Below, one piece after another: positions 28,676 through 39,331 of a DNA stretch of 64,000 bases. Location: NCBI GenBank assembly GCA_951812345.1, contig OX638295.1, positions 681,987 through 745,986 of the forward strand. The letters run 5' to 3'. How positions within the stretch are numbered: position 1 is the stretch's first letter; the number at the start of each line of letters is the position of its first letter. Under the pieces are notes generated by a model that searched no databases, had not been told where the DNA came from, and worked only from the letters and a program-made list of their open reading frames with translations. The position numbers were made by a program, and so were the translations under genes. The stretch comes from Rhodothermales bacterium (GTDB lineage Bacteria; Bacteroidota; Rhodothermia; Rhodothermales; VXPQ01).

Positions 28676-28914
28676 GGGAATTATATGGTTAACTTGACAG
28701 GTTGGATTTCACCTTGCGGGCGGCAGCGGCCTGCGGACCATCGCTCGCGATGTCGGCCGAAGAGCCTTCTGCGGGCTTGACGTCCCTGGGCGTCGATTTC
28801 TCTTCCTTGTTCCGGTTCATGAGGTCAGGTCCCGGTGCAATTTCATGGACGAGACCCCCTTCAGGTTCGTCGTCGAAAGATACAAGGCGAACACCCATTT
28901 GCGCAGCGGAAGCC
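28676..28914 (-). mobile_element. Second, truncated copy of the IS1595 derivative
   Basis: Matches 23457-23695 in the same orientation; cut off at the IS3 end. Confidence 0.9.
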
Positions 28915-30201
28915 AGAAGTGGTCCGAAAAAACTGGACAGTTTTTCCGGCGATTTTAAGTGTACTGTCACGTCGGGTTATGCCGCCTTGGGCAGCGGTTT
29001 TCGTTTATAGAATACGTCGTCGGGCGTTCGGTTGTCAAGTCCCTGGTGCGGGCGCTCTTCGTTGAAGTAGCGCAGGTAGTCGGCGATTCCCTTCCTGGCC
29101 TCGGCCACCGTGTCGTAGGCGCGCCGGTAGACTTCTTCCTGTTTGAAGCTGCGCCAGAGGCGCTCCACGTACGCGTTGTCCAGCCAGCGGCCCTTGCCGT
29201 CCATGGATATACGCACCCCGTGCGCCTTGAGCGCACCCGTGAACGCCTCGGAGGTAAACTGCGCTCCCTGGTCCGTGTTGAACACCTCCGGCGCTCCGTA
29301 GCGGACAATGGCCTCTTCCGCCGCTTCGACGCAAAAGGCTGCGTCCATCGTGTTCGAGAGCCGGTGGGCGAGCACCTTGCGGCTGTGCCAGTCGATCACG
29401 GCTGCGAGATAAAGAAAGCCTTTCGCCATAGGGATGTACGTAATGTCCGCCGCATAGACCTGGCCGGGCCTTGTCACCTTGAGAGTTCTGAGCAGATAGG
29501 GATAAATCTTGTGTCCTTCCCCCGGAGACGACGTGCGGCGCTTCGGGTAGATGGCTCTCAGGCCCATAAACCGCATAAGGCGAACGACGCGGCTTCTGGC
29601 GATGCAAACGCCTTTTGCCTGAAGCTTGCTCTTTATCGTGCGCGATCCGCTCGTGGGACGCTCCATGTAGAGGCGGTCGATCTCTTTCATGACGGCAAGG
29701 TTCTCTTCGCTCTCTTGCCCGGGACTGTAGTAGGCCGTCGAACGGCTCAGTTCGACCAGTTTGCACTGGCGAATGACCGGCAAGCGATGCGTGCGCGCTA
29801 TCATGGCGCGGCGCTCGGCTAACGGTCGCGACCGAGCGCCTTCGATAAAAAATCCTTCTCCATCGACAACTCTCCGATCTTCGCATGAAGCGCCTGGATC
29901 TTCCTGTCGCGTTCGTCGGGAACGTTGCGGCTTCGAACGAACGCCTCCTCGGCGCTCTCTGTGAGCTGCTTCTTCCAGGATTGTATCTGGTTTGGATGCA
30001 CTTCGAAGCGTTCTGCGAGTTCGGCCAGCGTGCTGTCGCCGCGCACGGCGGCGAGGGCTACCTTCGCCTTGAACGAAGGACTATGAGTTCTGCGTGTGCG
30101 TCTTGACATGGGTCTCGTCTGGTTGATTGCGTCGAAACAAGGTCGCAACACTACACCTTAAATCCCGCCGAAATCTGTCCAATCAACCCGAACCACCTCT
30201 C
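28915..30201 (-). mobile_element. IS3-family insertion sequence (orfA 29819-30109, orfB 28977-29804)
   Basis: Imperfect inverted ends AGAAGTGGTCCGAAAAAACTGGACAG / TGAGAGGTGGTTCGGGTTGATTGGACAG; rve motifs ADITYIP, DQGAQFTS, ERLWRSFKQE; T6 run near the end of orfA as frameshift candidate. Confidence 0.93.
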
Positions 30202-30432
30202 AGGTTGTAACTGACTTTATGCAATATACCTTATTGCTATAATAGCATATACTCTATTGATATAATACCATATATCCATTTGACTTTATGTCAGTTACTA
30301 ACTTATTTGAGAGAGGGCCGGTCCGTATCGACCGGACATATTTCGGCGGAATGCACGGGTTGCCCGCTGCGGCGCCTGCGGGGTTTGTGGGCAGGGTTTT
30401 CGGATAGGGTTTTCCGATCAGGGCGGACCCCG
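30199..30432. repeat. AT-rich repeat family 3, copy 2
   Basis: Direct, diverged copy of 18929-19172. Confidence 0.8.
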
Positions 30433-30519
30433 TACGTCGGGTCGCGCGTATGTTGCGGGCGAATAACGGATGTTTTAGTCAGAGTATCCTATAGCGCTTT
30501 GTCCACGTCTCCACACCCT

Positions 30520-31275
30520 ATGCCGCCGCCGGGACAGGCTCCCGGTAAGAGAGAAGCCGTCGAAGCCATGTTCGACGGGGTGGCGCCCCGGTACGATCTG
30601 CTCAATCGGGTGCTGAGTTTCGGTATGGACCGCATGTGGCGCCGTGCGGCGATTCGTCTGCTGCGCGCGGAAGCGCCGGCCCGGATTCTGGACATAGCGA
30701 CCGGCACCGCCGATCTGGCTATCGCCGCCGCCAGGCTTGGCCCCGAGCGCATCGTGGGCGTCGATCTTTCCGAGCAGATGCTGGCGCGTGGCCGGATAAA
30801 GATTAAGCGCCTGGGTCTCGACGGGACCGTCGCGCTCGAGTGCGGGGATGCGGCCCGTTTGTCTTTTCCGGATGCTTCGTTCGACGCCGCCCTGGTGGGG
30901 TTCGGCGTACGAAACTTCGAGAACCTTCAGGACGGTATCCGGGAGATGCGGCGCGTGCTCCGTCCAGGGGGGGTGTTGGTGATCCTTGAGTTCAGCCAGC
31001 CCGGCGCATTTCCGATCCGGAAGCTGTACGAGGTCTACTCGAATGTCGTGCTGCCCTTTATCGGCCGTCTTCTGTCGGGCAATCCGGCAGCCTACCAGTA
31101 CCTGCCTGCCTCCGTGAAGGTGTTTCCGTCGGGAGAGGATTTTCTGGAGGAACTGAGGCAGGCCGGGTATTCGGATTTGCTGTGTAAGCCGCTGACGTTC
31201 GGGGTGGTTTCGCTGTACAGGGGGCGGGTGCCGGTTTTATCTGACAATGCGCAACCCCACGTCCCTTCCGTATAG
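30520..31275 (+). CDS. menG: Demethylmenaquinone methyltransferase
   Basis: MFDGVAPRYDLLNRVLSFG, LDIATGTAD, FGVRNF, Y.YLPASV; start uncertain. Confidence 0.9.
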   Translation: MPPPGQAPGKREAVEAMFDGVAPRYDLLNRVLSFGMDRMWRRAAIRLLRAEAPARILDIATGTADLAIAAARLGPERIVGVDLSEQMLARGRIKIKRLGLDGTVALECGDAARLSFPDASFDAALVGFGVRNFENLQDGIREMRRVLRPGGVLVILEFSQPGAFPIRKLYEVYSNVVLPFIGRLLSGNPAAYQYLPASVKVFPSGEDFLEELRQAGYSDLLCKPLTFGVVSLYRGRVPVLSDNAQPHVPSV

Positions 31276-31350
31276 TTCGGCGCCACGATAGTATCAGGGG
31301 CTTCGCCGGTTCTTTCGGTGTTGCTATCCTTGGACGTAACCGTACCCCCC

Positions 31351-31659
31351 TTACTCCCCCGCAACCGTCTCATCAGCAACCAGCACCGCGTCCAGCGAGG
31401 CGATGAGTTCCCCGATGTCCGTATGCAGGTCGGTTTCGGCGACGGTCCGCTTCTCTCGTTCTGCAAAGAGTTCCTCGGCAATGGCCAGCGCCACGATGAC
31501 CGGGCCCGTTATATCCGACTGATCGGGATGATCCCGCTGGAATTGCCTGATTTTCGTATCGACGTATCGCGCAATGCCGCGTACGCGTTGTTCGTCCTGC
31601 TTGTCTACTTGCAGGGAATAATCGCGGTTAAGAATGCGGACGCGGATGGACTGGGGCAC
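31351..31659 (-). CDS. zapA: Cell division protein ZapA
   Basis: IRVRILNRDYSLQV, IARYVDTKI, VIVALAIAEEL; downstream of pheT. Confidence 0.85.
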   Translation of the reverse strand: MPQSIRVRILNRDYSLQVDKQDEQRVRGIARYVDTKIRQFQRDHPDQSDITGPVIVALAIAEELFAEREKRTVAETDLHTDIGELIASLDAVLVADETVAGE

Positions 31660-31698
31660 AATAGTTACCGGTTTATGCGGGATTGGGCAGTGGGTGCG

Positions 31699-32061
31699 TT
31701 ATGCGTCGTCGCGCTCCCGTGCCATATACTCGTCGAGCGTTTCAATAAAGGAACGCAAGTCGTCCTTTAGCGAGTCCGGGTTGCGGGGCAGCGAAAAGAA
31801 GGCATGGTCCCGGTTGACGGCGGGGCGTTTTTTCAGTTCGCTCACTTGTTTCAGGAGGTCTGCGTTGGTTGCGCGCAACCGTTCGATGATCCGGACGGCT
31901 TCCTCGACACGGCGGCGCAAGGCGTCCATCGAGACAGGTTCCTGCGGCGGCTTCTCTTGTCCGGCGCGTTCGTCCATGTCCTGTTCGACGCCGGGATCCG
32001 TATCCGGCGCATCGGCATCGGGTTCCGGCATGGAATCGCTCGTCTTCTCGGTCATCGACAT
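31699..32061 (-). CDS. Coiled-coil hypothetical protein between pheT and zapA
   Basis: LRRRVEEAVRIIERLRATNADLLKQVSEL heptads. Confidence 0.6.
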   Translation of the reverse strand: MSMTEKTSDSMPEPDADAPDTDPGVEQDMDERAGQEKPPQEPVSMDALRRRVEEAVRIIERLRATNADLLKQVSELKKRPAVNRDHAFFSLPRNPDSLKDDLRSFIETLDEYMARERDDA

Positions 32062-32125
32062 GTCAGGGCGTCAGGGGATATTGGGTACTGTTTTTATAAA
32101 TGCGCAACATGTGCAAAGAGATTCC

Positions 32126-34630
32126 CTAACTTCGCAAAAGGGCGCCGTGTTCTTTTTCCAGCGCGTGGACGATGCGAGTCATCTTTTTGTTCACTTCCCG
32201 ATCGGTCAGGGTGCGGTTGGCGCCGAAGCGTAGGGCGAAGGCCACGCTTTTTTTGCCCGGACCTGCATGTTCGCCTTCGTAGAGGTCGAAAAGACGCGCC
32301 TGTTGCAAGAGGCGCCCCCCGGCGCGCCGGATCGTTTGCAGCATAGCTCCCGCCGGTTCCTCGCGGCCCACGATCAGGGCAATGTCGCGATCCATTGCCG
32401 GATGGCGTTCTACAGGTCGATACGCGCGGTCAAGGCATGGCGTCGCCAGCCGCACCGCTTCGGTCCAGTTCAATTCCGCCGTATAGACGATTTCTTCCGG
32501 GGCGTTCCCGCCGGAAATATCCGGCGCCAGTTCGAGGATGCTTCCAATACAGGTATCGCCTGAAAAAATGTCCAGCCCGCAGGATGCGCCGGGCGCGGGA
32601 GTCGGGACGGGCGCCATGCGAACGTCGGGCATCCGAATGTGCCGGAGCAGCATTTCCACAGCGCCCTTCGCATCGAACAGATCGAAAGCCCGGGCGGACG
32701 TGTTCCAACCGGCGTCCGACGCCTGGCCCGACAACGTCAGCAGCATGGATTCGTGCTCCGCATAGTTTTCCACGATGGTTTCCTGCCCGTCCTGCCCGTC
32801 CGTGCGCCGGAACACATGGCCGAATTCAAAAAACCGCAGGGAGCGCTGTCCATGATTGCGGTTGAAGGCGATCACCTGCAGCGCGCCGGGCAACAGACTG
32901 GGCCGCAGGGCCGCCATTTCGCTGGAGATCGGGTTGAGCGTTCTGACGACCCGATCGGATGCGCTTCCCGCGAGTTCCGCAAACTGCTCGGCCGTTTCCG
33001 CCCGGAGCATGCTGTTCGTGTAGATTTCCCGGTGTCCGGTAGAGGCAAGCAGGGTGCGGGCCGCCCGCCGCAGGCGCGTTTCGGGGCTTTCGCGCAATGC
33101 GCCGCTGGACAGGGAAGCCGCCTGGACCGGCTCGGGTATATTGTCATACCCGTAGAGGCGCACAATCTCCTCGACCACATCGACTTCGCGCTCGATATCG
33201 GGCCGGAAAGGAGGAACGGTGCAGCGAAGCCGGGGCGCCTCCGCGTCGCCTTCCCGCTCCACGTCGAATCCGATGCCTTGCAGCAGGCGTTCGGTGGTTT
33301 CGAGGGGGATGTGCACGCCAAGCAGGCTGTCTATCCGAGCTGCGCGTACGGTAATATGTCTGGGCGAAGAAGGCGCGGGATGCGCGTCCACCATGCCGGG
33401 GACGACGGTTCCGCCGCCCATTTCCGCTATGAGGGCGGCGGCCCGGGCGGCGGCGCGCGCCTGTCCGGTGGGGTCCACGCCGCGCTCGAAGCGATAGGAA
33501 GCGTCGCTCTGGATGCTGAGCGCCTTCGCGGCCCTGCGGATATGCGACGGGTCGAAGAAGGCGGACTCGATGAGTACGTTCCTGGTGGTTTCGCGGACCT
33601 CCGAATTTTGCCCGCCCATGACGCCGCCGATCGCCACGTCGCGTTCGCCGTCTGCAATCATGATGGTCCCGGCAGGAATGGTGTGCTCCTTGTCGTCGAG
33701 GGTGGTAAAGGGCGTGGGTTCCTTGGTCAGATGCACGCGAATCCGCTGCTCTGCAATGGCGTCGAAATCGAACGCGTGCAGCGGTTGGCCCACATCGTGG
33801 AGCAGGTAGTTCGTGACGTCCACGACGTGGTTGCGGGGCCGCAACCCGATGGCTTTCAGTCTGGTCTGGAGCCAGGCGGGAGATTCACGGACGGTTACGT
33901 CTCGCACGATCGTCGCCACGTACCTCGGACACGCTTCGGGCGCCTGTATGTCGATCGTAACGAGGTCGGCCGCTTCGCCGCCGGGCTCCGGCGCGGGCGC
34001 CTCCGGGAGGCGGAGCGGGATGTTCGTGAGGGCCGCCGCATCGCGGGCTACTCCCAGGTGGCTGGTTGCGTCCGGGCGGTTGGGCGTGACGCTTATGTCC
34101 AGTACGGCGTCCCGGTATACGACGCCGAGGGCTTCGAGGTATTCCGAAAAAGGCTGTCCGATGCGGGGTTCGGCGCCGGGCGCGCCGGTCAGCACCATGA
34201 TTTCGTCATGGTTATCGGAGAGCCCCAGTTCGTCTTCCGCACAAATCATGCCTTCGGAAGGCTCTCCCCGGAGTTTCGTCTTTCGGATGGCGACCGGCGT
34301 GCGTGTACCGGGGTCTTCCCGATCAGGCAGCATAAGCGTTGCGCCCGGCGTGGCTACGGGGACAAGTTGGCCCTCGGCGACGTTCGGCGCGCCGCACACG
34401 ATGCGGGCGGGTTCCGGGCCGCCCAGATCGACCTCGCAACAGGAGAGGCGATCGGCATTCGGATGGGGGCGTACGCGCACCACGCGGCCTATAATCACCC
34501 CGTCCATCGACGATCCTGTCTCGTCGACGCCTTCTACTTCCAGGCCGCCCATCGTGAGAATATCCGCAATCTCCTCCGGGGTCTCCCGGACGGGCGCGTA
34601 TTCCCGCAACCAGTTGTACGAGATGTTCAT
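32126..34630 (-). CDS. pheT: Phenylalanyl-tRNA synthetase beta subunit
   Basis: MNISYNWL, HPNADRL, SEGMIC, TPNRPD, RFERGVD, C-terminal FDX-ACB. Confidence 0.97.
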   Translation of the reverse strand: MNISYNWLREYAPVRETPEEIADILTMGGLEVEGVDETGSSMDGVIIGRVVRVRPHPNADRLSCCEVDLGGPEPARIVCGAPNVAEGQLVPVATPGATLMLPDREDPGTRTPVAIRKTKLRGEPSEGMICAEDELGLSDNHDEIMVLTGAPGAEPRIGQPFSEYLEALGVVYRDAVLDISVTPNRPDATSHLGVARDAAALTNIPLRLPEAPAPEPGGEAADLVTIDIQAPEACPRYVATIVRDVTVRESPAWLQTRLKAIGLRPRNHVVDVTNYLLHDVGQPLHAFDFDAIAEQRIRVHLTKEPTPFTTLDDKEHTIPAGTIMIADGERDVAIGGVMGGQNSEVRETTRNVLIESAFFDPSHIRRAAKALSIQSDASYRFERGVDPTGQARAAARAAALIAEMGGGTVVPGMVDAHPAPSSPRHITVRAARIDSLLGVHIPLETTERLLQGIGFDVEREGDAEAPRLRCTVPPFRPDIEREVDVVEEIVRLYGYDNIPEPVQAASLSSGALRESPETRLRRAARTLLASTGHREIYTNSMLRAETAEQFAELAGSASDRVVRTLNPISSEMAALRPSLLPGALQVIAFNRNHGQRSLRFFEFGHVFRRTDGQDGQETIVENYAEHESMLLTLSGQASDAGWNTSARAFDLFDAKGAVEMLLRHIRMPDVRMAPVPTPAPGASCGLDIFSGDTCIGSILELAPDISGGNAPEEIVYTAELNWTEAVRLATPCLDRAYRPVERHPAMDRDIALIVGREEPAGAMLQTIRRAGGRLLQQARLFDLYEGEHAGPGKKSVAFALRFGANRTLTDREVNKKMTRIVHALEKEHGALLRS

Positions 34631-34653
34631 GATGTACCGTGTTGTCGTACCGG

Positions 34654-34690
34654 GACGGAAGCGGTGGTATTCTTAATCAGAGCATCCTTA
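34654..34690. repeat. MITE-like family 1 end at the pheS stop
   Basis: TTAATCAGAGCATCCTTA directly following the pheS TAA on the minus strand. Confidence 0.55.
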
Positions 34691-35680
34691 AAACTGTTCC
34701 AGGAACCGGATATCGTTTTCATAGAACGTACGGATGTCGCGGATTCCATACCGCAGCATGGCGATACGTTCGATGCCCATGCCGAAGGCATATCCTGTCC
34801 ATCGTTCCGGGTCCAGATCGACGGCGTCGAACACATTGGGGTCCACCATGCCGCATCCGAGGATTTCAAGCCAGCGCCCATGCTCCGGCAGGGTTTCGTC
34901 CGCCCACCAGATATCCACCTCGGCGCTGGGCTCGGTGAACGGGAAAAAACTGGGCCGGAAGCGCATCCGGGCGTCGGCGCCGAACAGCGCTTGCACAAAC
35001 AGGCGCAGCACCTGTTTCAGGTCGGCGAAGGTGACCCCTTCGTCCACGTACAGCCCTTCCACCTGATGGAACAGGCAGTACGATTTGTAGGAAACAGCCT
35101 CGTTCCGGTACACCCGCCCGGGCACGATGACGCGCACAGGCGGCGGCTCGGTCAGCAGGGTGCGTATTTGCACAGGCGATGTGTGCGTGCGCAACAGGAC
35201 GCGGTCCGGCTCCAGGAAGAAGGTATCCTGCATGTCCCGCGCGGGGTGGTCCGACGGGAAATTCAGCGCCGTGAAATTATGCCATTCCGTTTCGATTTCG
35301 GGTCCGGTGGCGATCGAGAACCCGAACCCTTCGAAGACGCGCGCGATTTCGTTCAGGGTGTGCGTCAGCGGGTGAATAGAACCCGGAGGCGCCGGGAATC
35401 GTCCCGGAAGCGTGAGATCGACGCCTGTTTGCGGCCCGGCAGCGTCCGGCGCATGCAGAGCGGCCTCGAAAGCCGCCAGACGCTCTTCCGCCCGTTTTTT
35501 GATTTCGTTGATGCGCCGGCCGAGTTCTCTGCGCTCCTGTGGGGGGGCTTCCGGAATCCGCTTGAGCATTCCGGTGATTTTCCCGCTTTTCCTGCCCAGG
35601 TATTTGACCCGGAACGCCTCGGCAGCCTCCTTCGAGTCAATGATTTCCGACTCGATATCTTTCAGGATGTCGTCGGGCAT
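34688..35680 (-). CDS. pheS: Phenylalanyl-tRNA synthetase alpha subunit
   Basis: [40 protein letters not shown]. Confidence 0.98.
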   Translation of the reverse strand: MPDDILKDIESEIIDSKEAAEAFRVKYLGRKSGKITGMLKRIPEAPPQERRELGRRINEIKKRAEERLAAFEAALHAPDAAGPQTGVDLTLPGRFPAPPGSIHPLTHTLNEIARVFEGFGFSIATGPEIETEWHNFTALNFPSDHPARDMQDTFFLEPDRVLLRTHTSPVQIRTLLTEPPPVRVIVPGRVYRNEAVSYKSYCLFHQVEGLYVDEGVTFADLKQVLRLFVQALFGADARMRFRPSFFPFTEPSAEVDIWWADETLPEHGRWLEILGCGMVDPNVFDAVDLDPERWTGYAFGMGIERIAMLRYGIRDIRTFYENDIRFLEQF

Positions 35681-35694
35681 CTTGCCAGGCCCGC

Positions 35695-36045
35695 TTATTT
35701 ACCGGTGATATGTTGCGTAATACGCTGGAACGTTTCCGGATCGTGGACGGCCATATCCGCGAGCACCTTTCTGTTCAGGTCGACGCCGGCCTTCCGCAGC
35801 CCTCCCATGAGACGGGAATAGGTGGTGTCGTTCAGGCGCGCCGCCGCGTTGATGCGCGCAATCCAGAGGCGCCGGAACATGCGCTTGCGTTGCCGGCGAT
35901 CCCGGTAGGCATACCCCAGGGCTTTCTCGACGGAATGCTTGGCAACCGTATAAATCTTCGAACGCGCGCCGCGATAGCCTTTGGCCATCCGGAGTATTTT
36001 TTTACGGCGCCGTCTCGACGCTACGCTGTGAGCGGTACGTGGCAT
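35695..36045 (-). CDS. rplT: 50S ribosomal protein bL20
   Basis: MPR...[31 protein letters not shown]. Confidence 0.98.
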   Translation of the reverse strand: MPRTAHSVASRRRRKKILRMAKGYRGARSKIYTVAKHSVEKALGYAYRDRRQRKRMFRRLWIARINAAARLNDTTYSRLMGGLRKAGVDLNRKVLADMAVHDPETFQRITQHITGK

Positions 36046-36061
36046 AAGAACAAAGGGACAA

Positions 36062-36256
36062 TCAGGATTGAATGAGCCGTTTCATCCGCGGCGTGTCGGT
36101 TTTGTCGACGAGCGTACTTTCGCGCAGGCCGCGTTTGCGTTTGGCCGATTTCTTGGTCAGGATGTGGCTTTTGTATGCCTTTTTCCGGGCCAGCTTCCCG
36201 GTTGCGGTCACCTTGAAACGTTTCCGGGCTCCGCTATTCGATTTCATCTTGGGCAT
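36062..36256 (-). CDS. rpmI: 50S ribosomal protein bL35
   Basis: [24 protein letters not shown]. Confidence 0.97.
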   Translation of the reverse strand: MPKMKSNSGARKRFKVTATGKLARKKAYKSHILTKKSAKRKRGLRESTLVDKTDTPRMKRLIQS

Positions 36257-36563
36257 AAGCATCCTGGCGCCAGGCGCGTTTGGGTGTTGCGGGGGTACGC
36301 GTTTTCGGGCCGTTTTGGGCTATTTTCAGTCATTTCGGGCTTTTTTTGACCATTTTCAGCCATTGCGCATGCTTGCGCTATCCGGAATACGGCATGCTTG
36401 TTTTGCGCAAAAGGCCCAAACTATAAATACATTGTGGGTAGCTGACGGGTTCCCATTTTCTTGTACTCCTTGTGCGCGCGGGATGTGCGCAATCCCCGAC
36501 AGGAACTCAGCGCCACGCCCCCTTCCGTTTTCTTGTGCGCGGGGATGCGCGCAGGAGACCCTG

Positions 36564-37073
36564 CTACTTCTTGTCCGGGGTCAGAATCGTGGTCATGCGG
36601 CGCCCTTCCATGCGGGGTGGCTGATCGATGCGCGCCACATCCTGCAAATCCGCGATGAATCGTTGCAGCAGAGCCATGCCCTGTTCCTTGTAGATGATGT
36701 CCCGGCCGCGGAACTGTACCCATGCCTTGACCTTGTTCCCGCTTTGCAGGAAACTGCGCGCATGGCGCGTTTTGAAGTCAAAGTCGTGCGTGTCGGTGTG
36801 CGGGCGGAAACGAACTTCCTTCAGCTGGATGGTTTGCGATTTCTTGCGCTGTTCCTTCCCTTTTTTCTGTTGTTCGTAACGATATTTTCCGTAGTCGACG
36901 ATCTTGCAAACCGGAGGGTTGGCCGATGGCGCAATCTCGACCAGGTCCATTCTGTGTTCACGAGCCCGCTCCAGGGCCTCGTCGATATAGACCACATGGT
37001 GTTCTCCGCCGGGATCTACGACCCGGACCATATTGGCCCGGATATCTTCGTTGATGCGTACTTTACGAGCGAT
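36564..37073 (-). CDS. infC: Translation initiation factor IF-3, non-AUG (ATC) start
   Basis: DLVEIAP.ANPPVCKIVDYGKY; upstream in-frame ATC-ARKVRINEDIR with TAA seven codons earlier. Confidence 0.93.
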   Translation of the reverse strand: MARKVRINEDIRANMVRVVDPGGEHHVVYIDEALERAREHRMDLVEIAPSANPPVCKIVDYGKYRYEQQKKGKEQRKKSQTIQLKEVRFRPHTDTHDFDFKTRHARSFLQSGNKVKAWVQFRGRDIIYKEQGMALLQRFIADLQDVARIDQPPRMEGRRMTTILTPDKK

Positions 37074-37339
37074 GGTTCTGTGTCTTTTTGGTTAGTGAAT
37101 AAAGGGGTTTAATCCGGGAGGTTAATCTGGCGAGCCAGGGGTACTGTCTGGCGTAAAACAAGGATGCGTATACAGGTATTGCCAAGACTCATTTCACGCG
37201 AGCCGGAATAGTTTGGTTTCACGCGAAATGTAACAAGGTTGTAACAAGGTCGTGTATTTTTCGCCGATCGGATGCCTTTGCGCGGGAGGCTGCGAGGGGT
37301 CGGGCGCACAGGCTGCATTGGACTTTTGCCCGCCTTTCC

Positions 37340-39292
37340 TCAACGCTTTTTCCCTTCGGCAATCTCGTTCGCCATCCGCTTTACACACTCCTCGACGGAT
37401 ACGGTATCCTGTTCTCCCTGGCCATGCCGCCGGACCGAGACGGTATCCTTTTCCTGTTCGCGCGCGCCGACGATGAGCATGACGGGCGTTTTGTTCATCT
37501 CGGCGCTACGAATCTTGTATCCCGCTTTCTCGTTGCGGCGGTCCACCTCCACGCGGATGTCGCGCTCCCGGAGCCGTGCAGCCACTTCCTCGGCGTATTC
37601 GCGCTGATTTTCGGAAATCGGAATGATCATCGCCTGTACGGGCGCCAGCCACAGCGGGAAGTTGCCCCCGCAGTGTTCTATCAGCACCCCGATGAATCGC
37701 TCCAGCGAACCGAACGGCGCCCGGTGGATCATTGCCGGCCGGTGTTTCGTGTCGTCCGCCCCGATATAGGACAGGTCGAACCGTTCCGGCAGGTTGTAGT
37801 CCAGCTGCACCGTGCCCAGTTGCCATTCGCGTCCCAGCGCGTCCTTGACCATGAAGTCGAGCTTGGGGCCGTAGAAGGCGGCCTCTCCGATTTTCTCTAC
37901 CGCATCAAGGTCCATTTCCCGGACCGCCTCGCGGATAGCCCGTTCGGCTTCTTCCCAACGCGCCTCGTCGCCCTGGTACTTTTCGCGGTCCGCCGGGTCG
38001 TGCAGGGAAAGCTGCACCTGGAAATCGGTGAATTCCAGCGCTCCCAATACGGTCAGCGTCAGGTCAATCACGTTCTTGAATTCGTCCTTTACCTGTTCGT
38101 CGGTGCAGAAGATATGGGCGTCGTCCTGCGTGAACCCGCGCACGCGGGTCAATCCGCCCAGCTCGCCGGATTGTTCGTACCGGTAGACGGTGCCGAATTC
38201 CGCATACCGCACCGGCAGGTCCCGGTAGGAGTGCAACCGGTTTGCGTAGATCCGGATGTGATGCGGGCAGTTCATGGGTTTCAGCAGGAACCCTTCTTCG
38301 GCGTCATTTTCGTCCAGCATCGCGGGGAATTGGCTTTCCCGGTAATAGGGATAATGCCCGCTCGTTTTGTACAGTTCGAGGCGTCCGATGTGCGGCGTAA
38401 CAACGGGTTCGTATCCCCGCGCGAGCTGCTCTTTTTTCAGGAAATCCATGAGCGTTTCCCGCAGCACCGCTCCTCGGGGCAGCCACATCGGCAATCCGGC
38501 GCCCACCTGCCGGTCGAAGGTAAAAAGCGACAGTTCCTTGCCCAGCTTTCGGTGGTCGCGCTGCGCCGCGAGCGCAAGCCGTTCGAGATGCTCGTCGAGC
38601 ATGCTCTTTTTCGGAAAACTGACGCCATAGATGCGCGTCAGTTGAGGCCGCCGTTCGTCCCCGCGCCAATAGGCGCCGGCGATCTGAAGCAGTTTGACAT
38701 ACTTGATAGGGCCCGTGGAAGGGATATGAGGGCCGCGGCACAGGTCGACGAAGTCACCCTGCTGGTAGAATGTGATGGTACCGTCCTCGAGGTCTTCGAG
38801 TAATTCCAGTTTGTATTCATCGCCCTTGTCCCGGAAATATCGGATCGCTTCCTCTTTGGAGATGTCCCGTCGTTCGTACGCTGCGTCGCGCGCAGCCAAC
38901 TCCCGCATCTGCTTTTCGATGCGTTCCAGATCGTCCGCGCCGATTTTTCGATCGCCGGTATCCACATCGTAGTAGAATCCCTGCTCGATAGGCGGCCCGA
39001 TGCCGAACTTTACGCCGGGGAACAGGCTTTCGAGCGCCTCGGCCATGAGATGCGCCGTGGAATGCCGGAAGGTCAACTGACCGTCCGGGTCGTTCCAGGT
39101 CAGAATTTCGATGCGCGCGTCCCGATCAATGGGGCGGGTCAGATCCCATACCTCCCCGTTGACCCGTACGGCCAACGCCTGTCTGGCAAGGCCTGTCGAG
39201 ATGCTGCTGGCGAGTTCGTGCCCCGTAATCCCGGTTTCGCGATCATGGACGGAACCGTCGGGGAGCGTAATGGCGATGTGGTCGGCGGGCAT
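37340..39292 (-). CDS. thrS: Threonyl-tRNA synthetase
   Basis: TGS domain, DLCRGPH, RDHRKLG, KPMNCPHH, RVRGFTQDDAH. Confidence 0.98.
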   Translation of the reverse strand: MPADHIAITLPDGSVHDRETGITGHELASSISTGLARQALAVRVNGEVWDLTRPIDRDARIEILTWNDPDGQLTFRHSTAHLMAEALESLFPGVKFGIGPPIEQGFYYDVDTGDRKIGADDLERIEKQMRELAARDAAYERRDISKEEAIRYFRDKGDEYKLELLEDLEDGTITFYQQGDFVDLCRGPHIPSTGPIKYVKLLQIAGAYWRGDERRPQLTRIYGVSFPKKSMLDEHLERLALAAQRDHRKLGKELSLFTFDRQVGAGLPMWLPRGAVLRETLMDFLKKEQLARGYEPVVTPHIGRLELYKTSGHYPYYRESQFPAMLDENDAEEGFLLKPMNCPHHIRIYANRLHSYRDLPVRYAEFGTVYRYEQSGELGGLTRVRGFTQDDAHIFCTDEQVKDEFKNVIDLTLTVLGALEFTDFQVQLSLHDPADREKYQGDEARWEEAERAIREAVREMDLDAVEKIGEAAFYGPKLDFMVKDALGREWQLGTVQLDYNLPERFDLSYIGADDTKHRPAMIHRAPFGSLERFIGVLIEHCGGNFPLWLAPVQAMIIPISENQREYAEEVAARLRERDIRVEVDRRNEKAGYKIRSAEMNKTPVMLIVGAREQEKDTVSVRRHGQGEQDTVSVEECVKRMANEIAEGKKR

Positions 39293-39331
39293 GATTCAGG
39301 GCTATGCGCCGGATGGCGACAGGCTTGGCTG

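Noticed and set aside
32639-35821. 1060-aa plus-strand ORF and similar long antisense ORFs (1666-2703, 4099-5172, 6997-8214, 37424-38803, 51933-53390, 55159-56415)
   Set aside because: Shadow frames opposite well-supported genes in GC-rich DNA; no recognisable motifs.
36263-36563. Possible ribosomal-protein leader RNA between infC and rpmI
   Set aside because: No structure or motif I can support by eye; needs an Rfam/covariance search.
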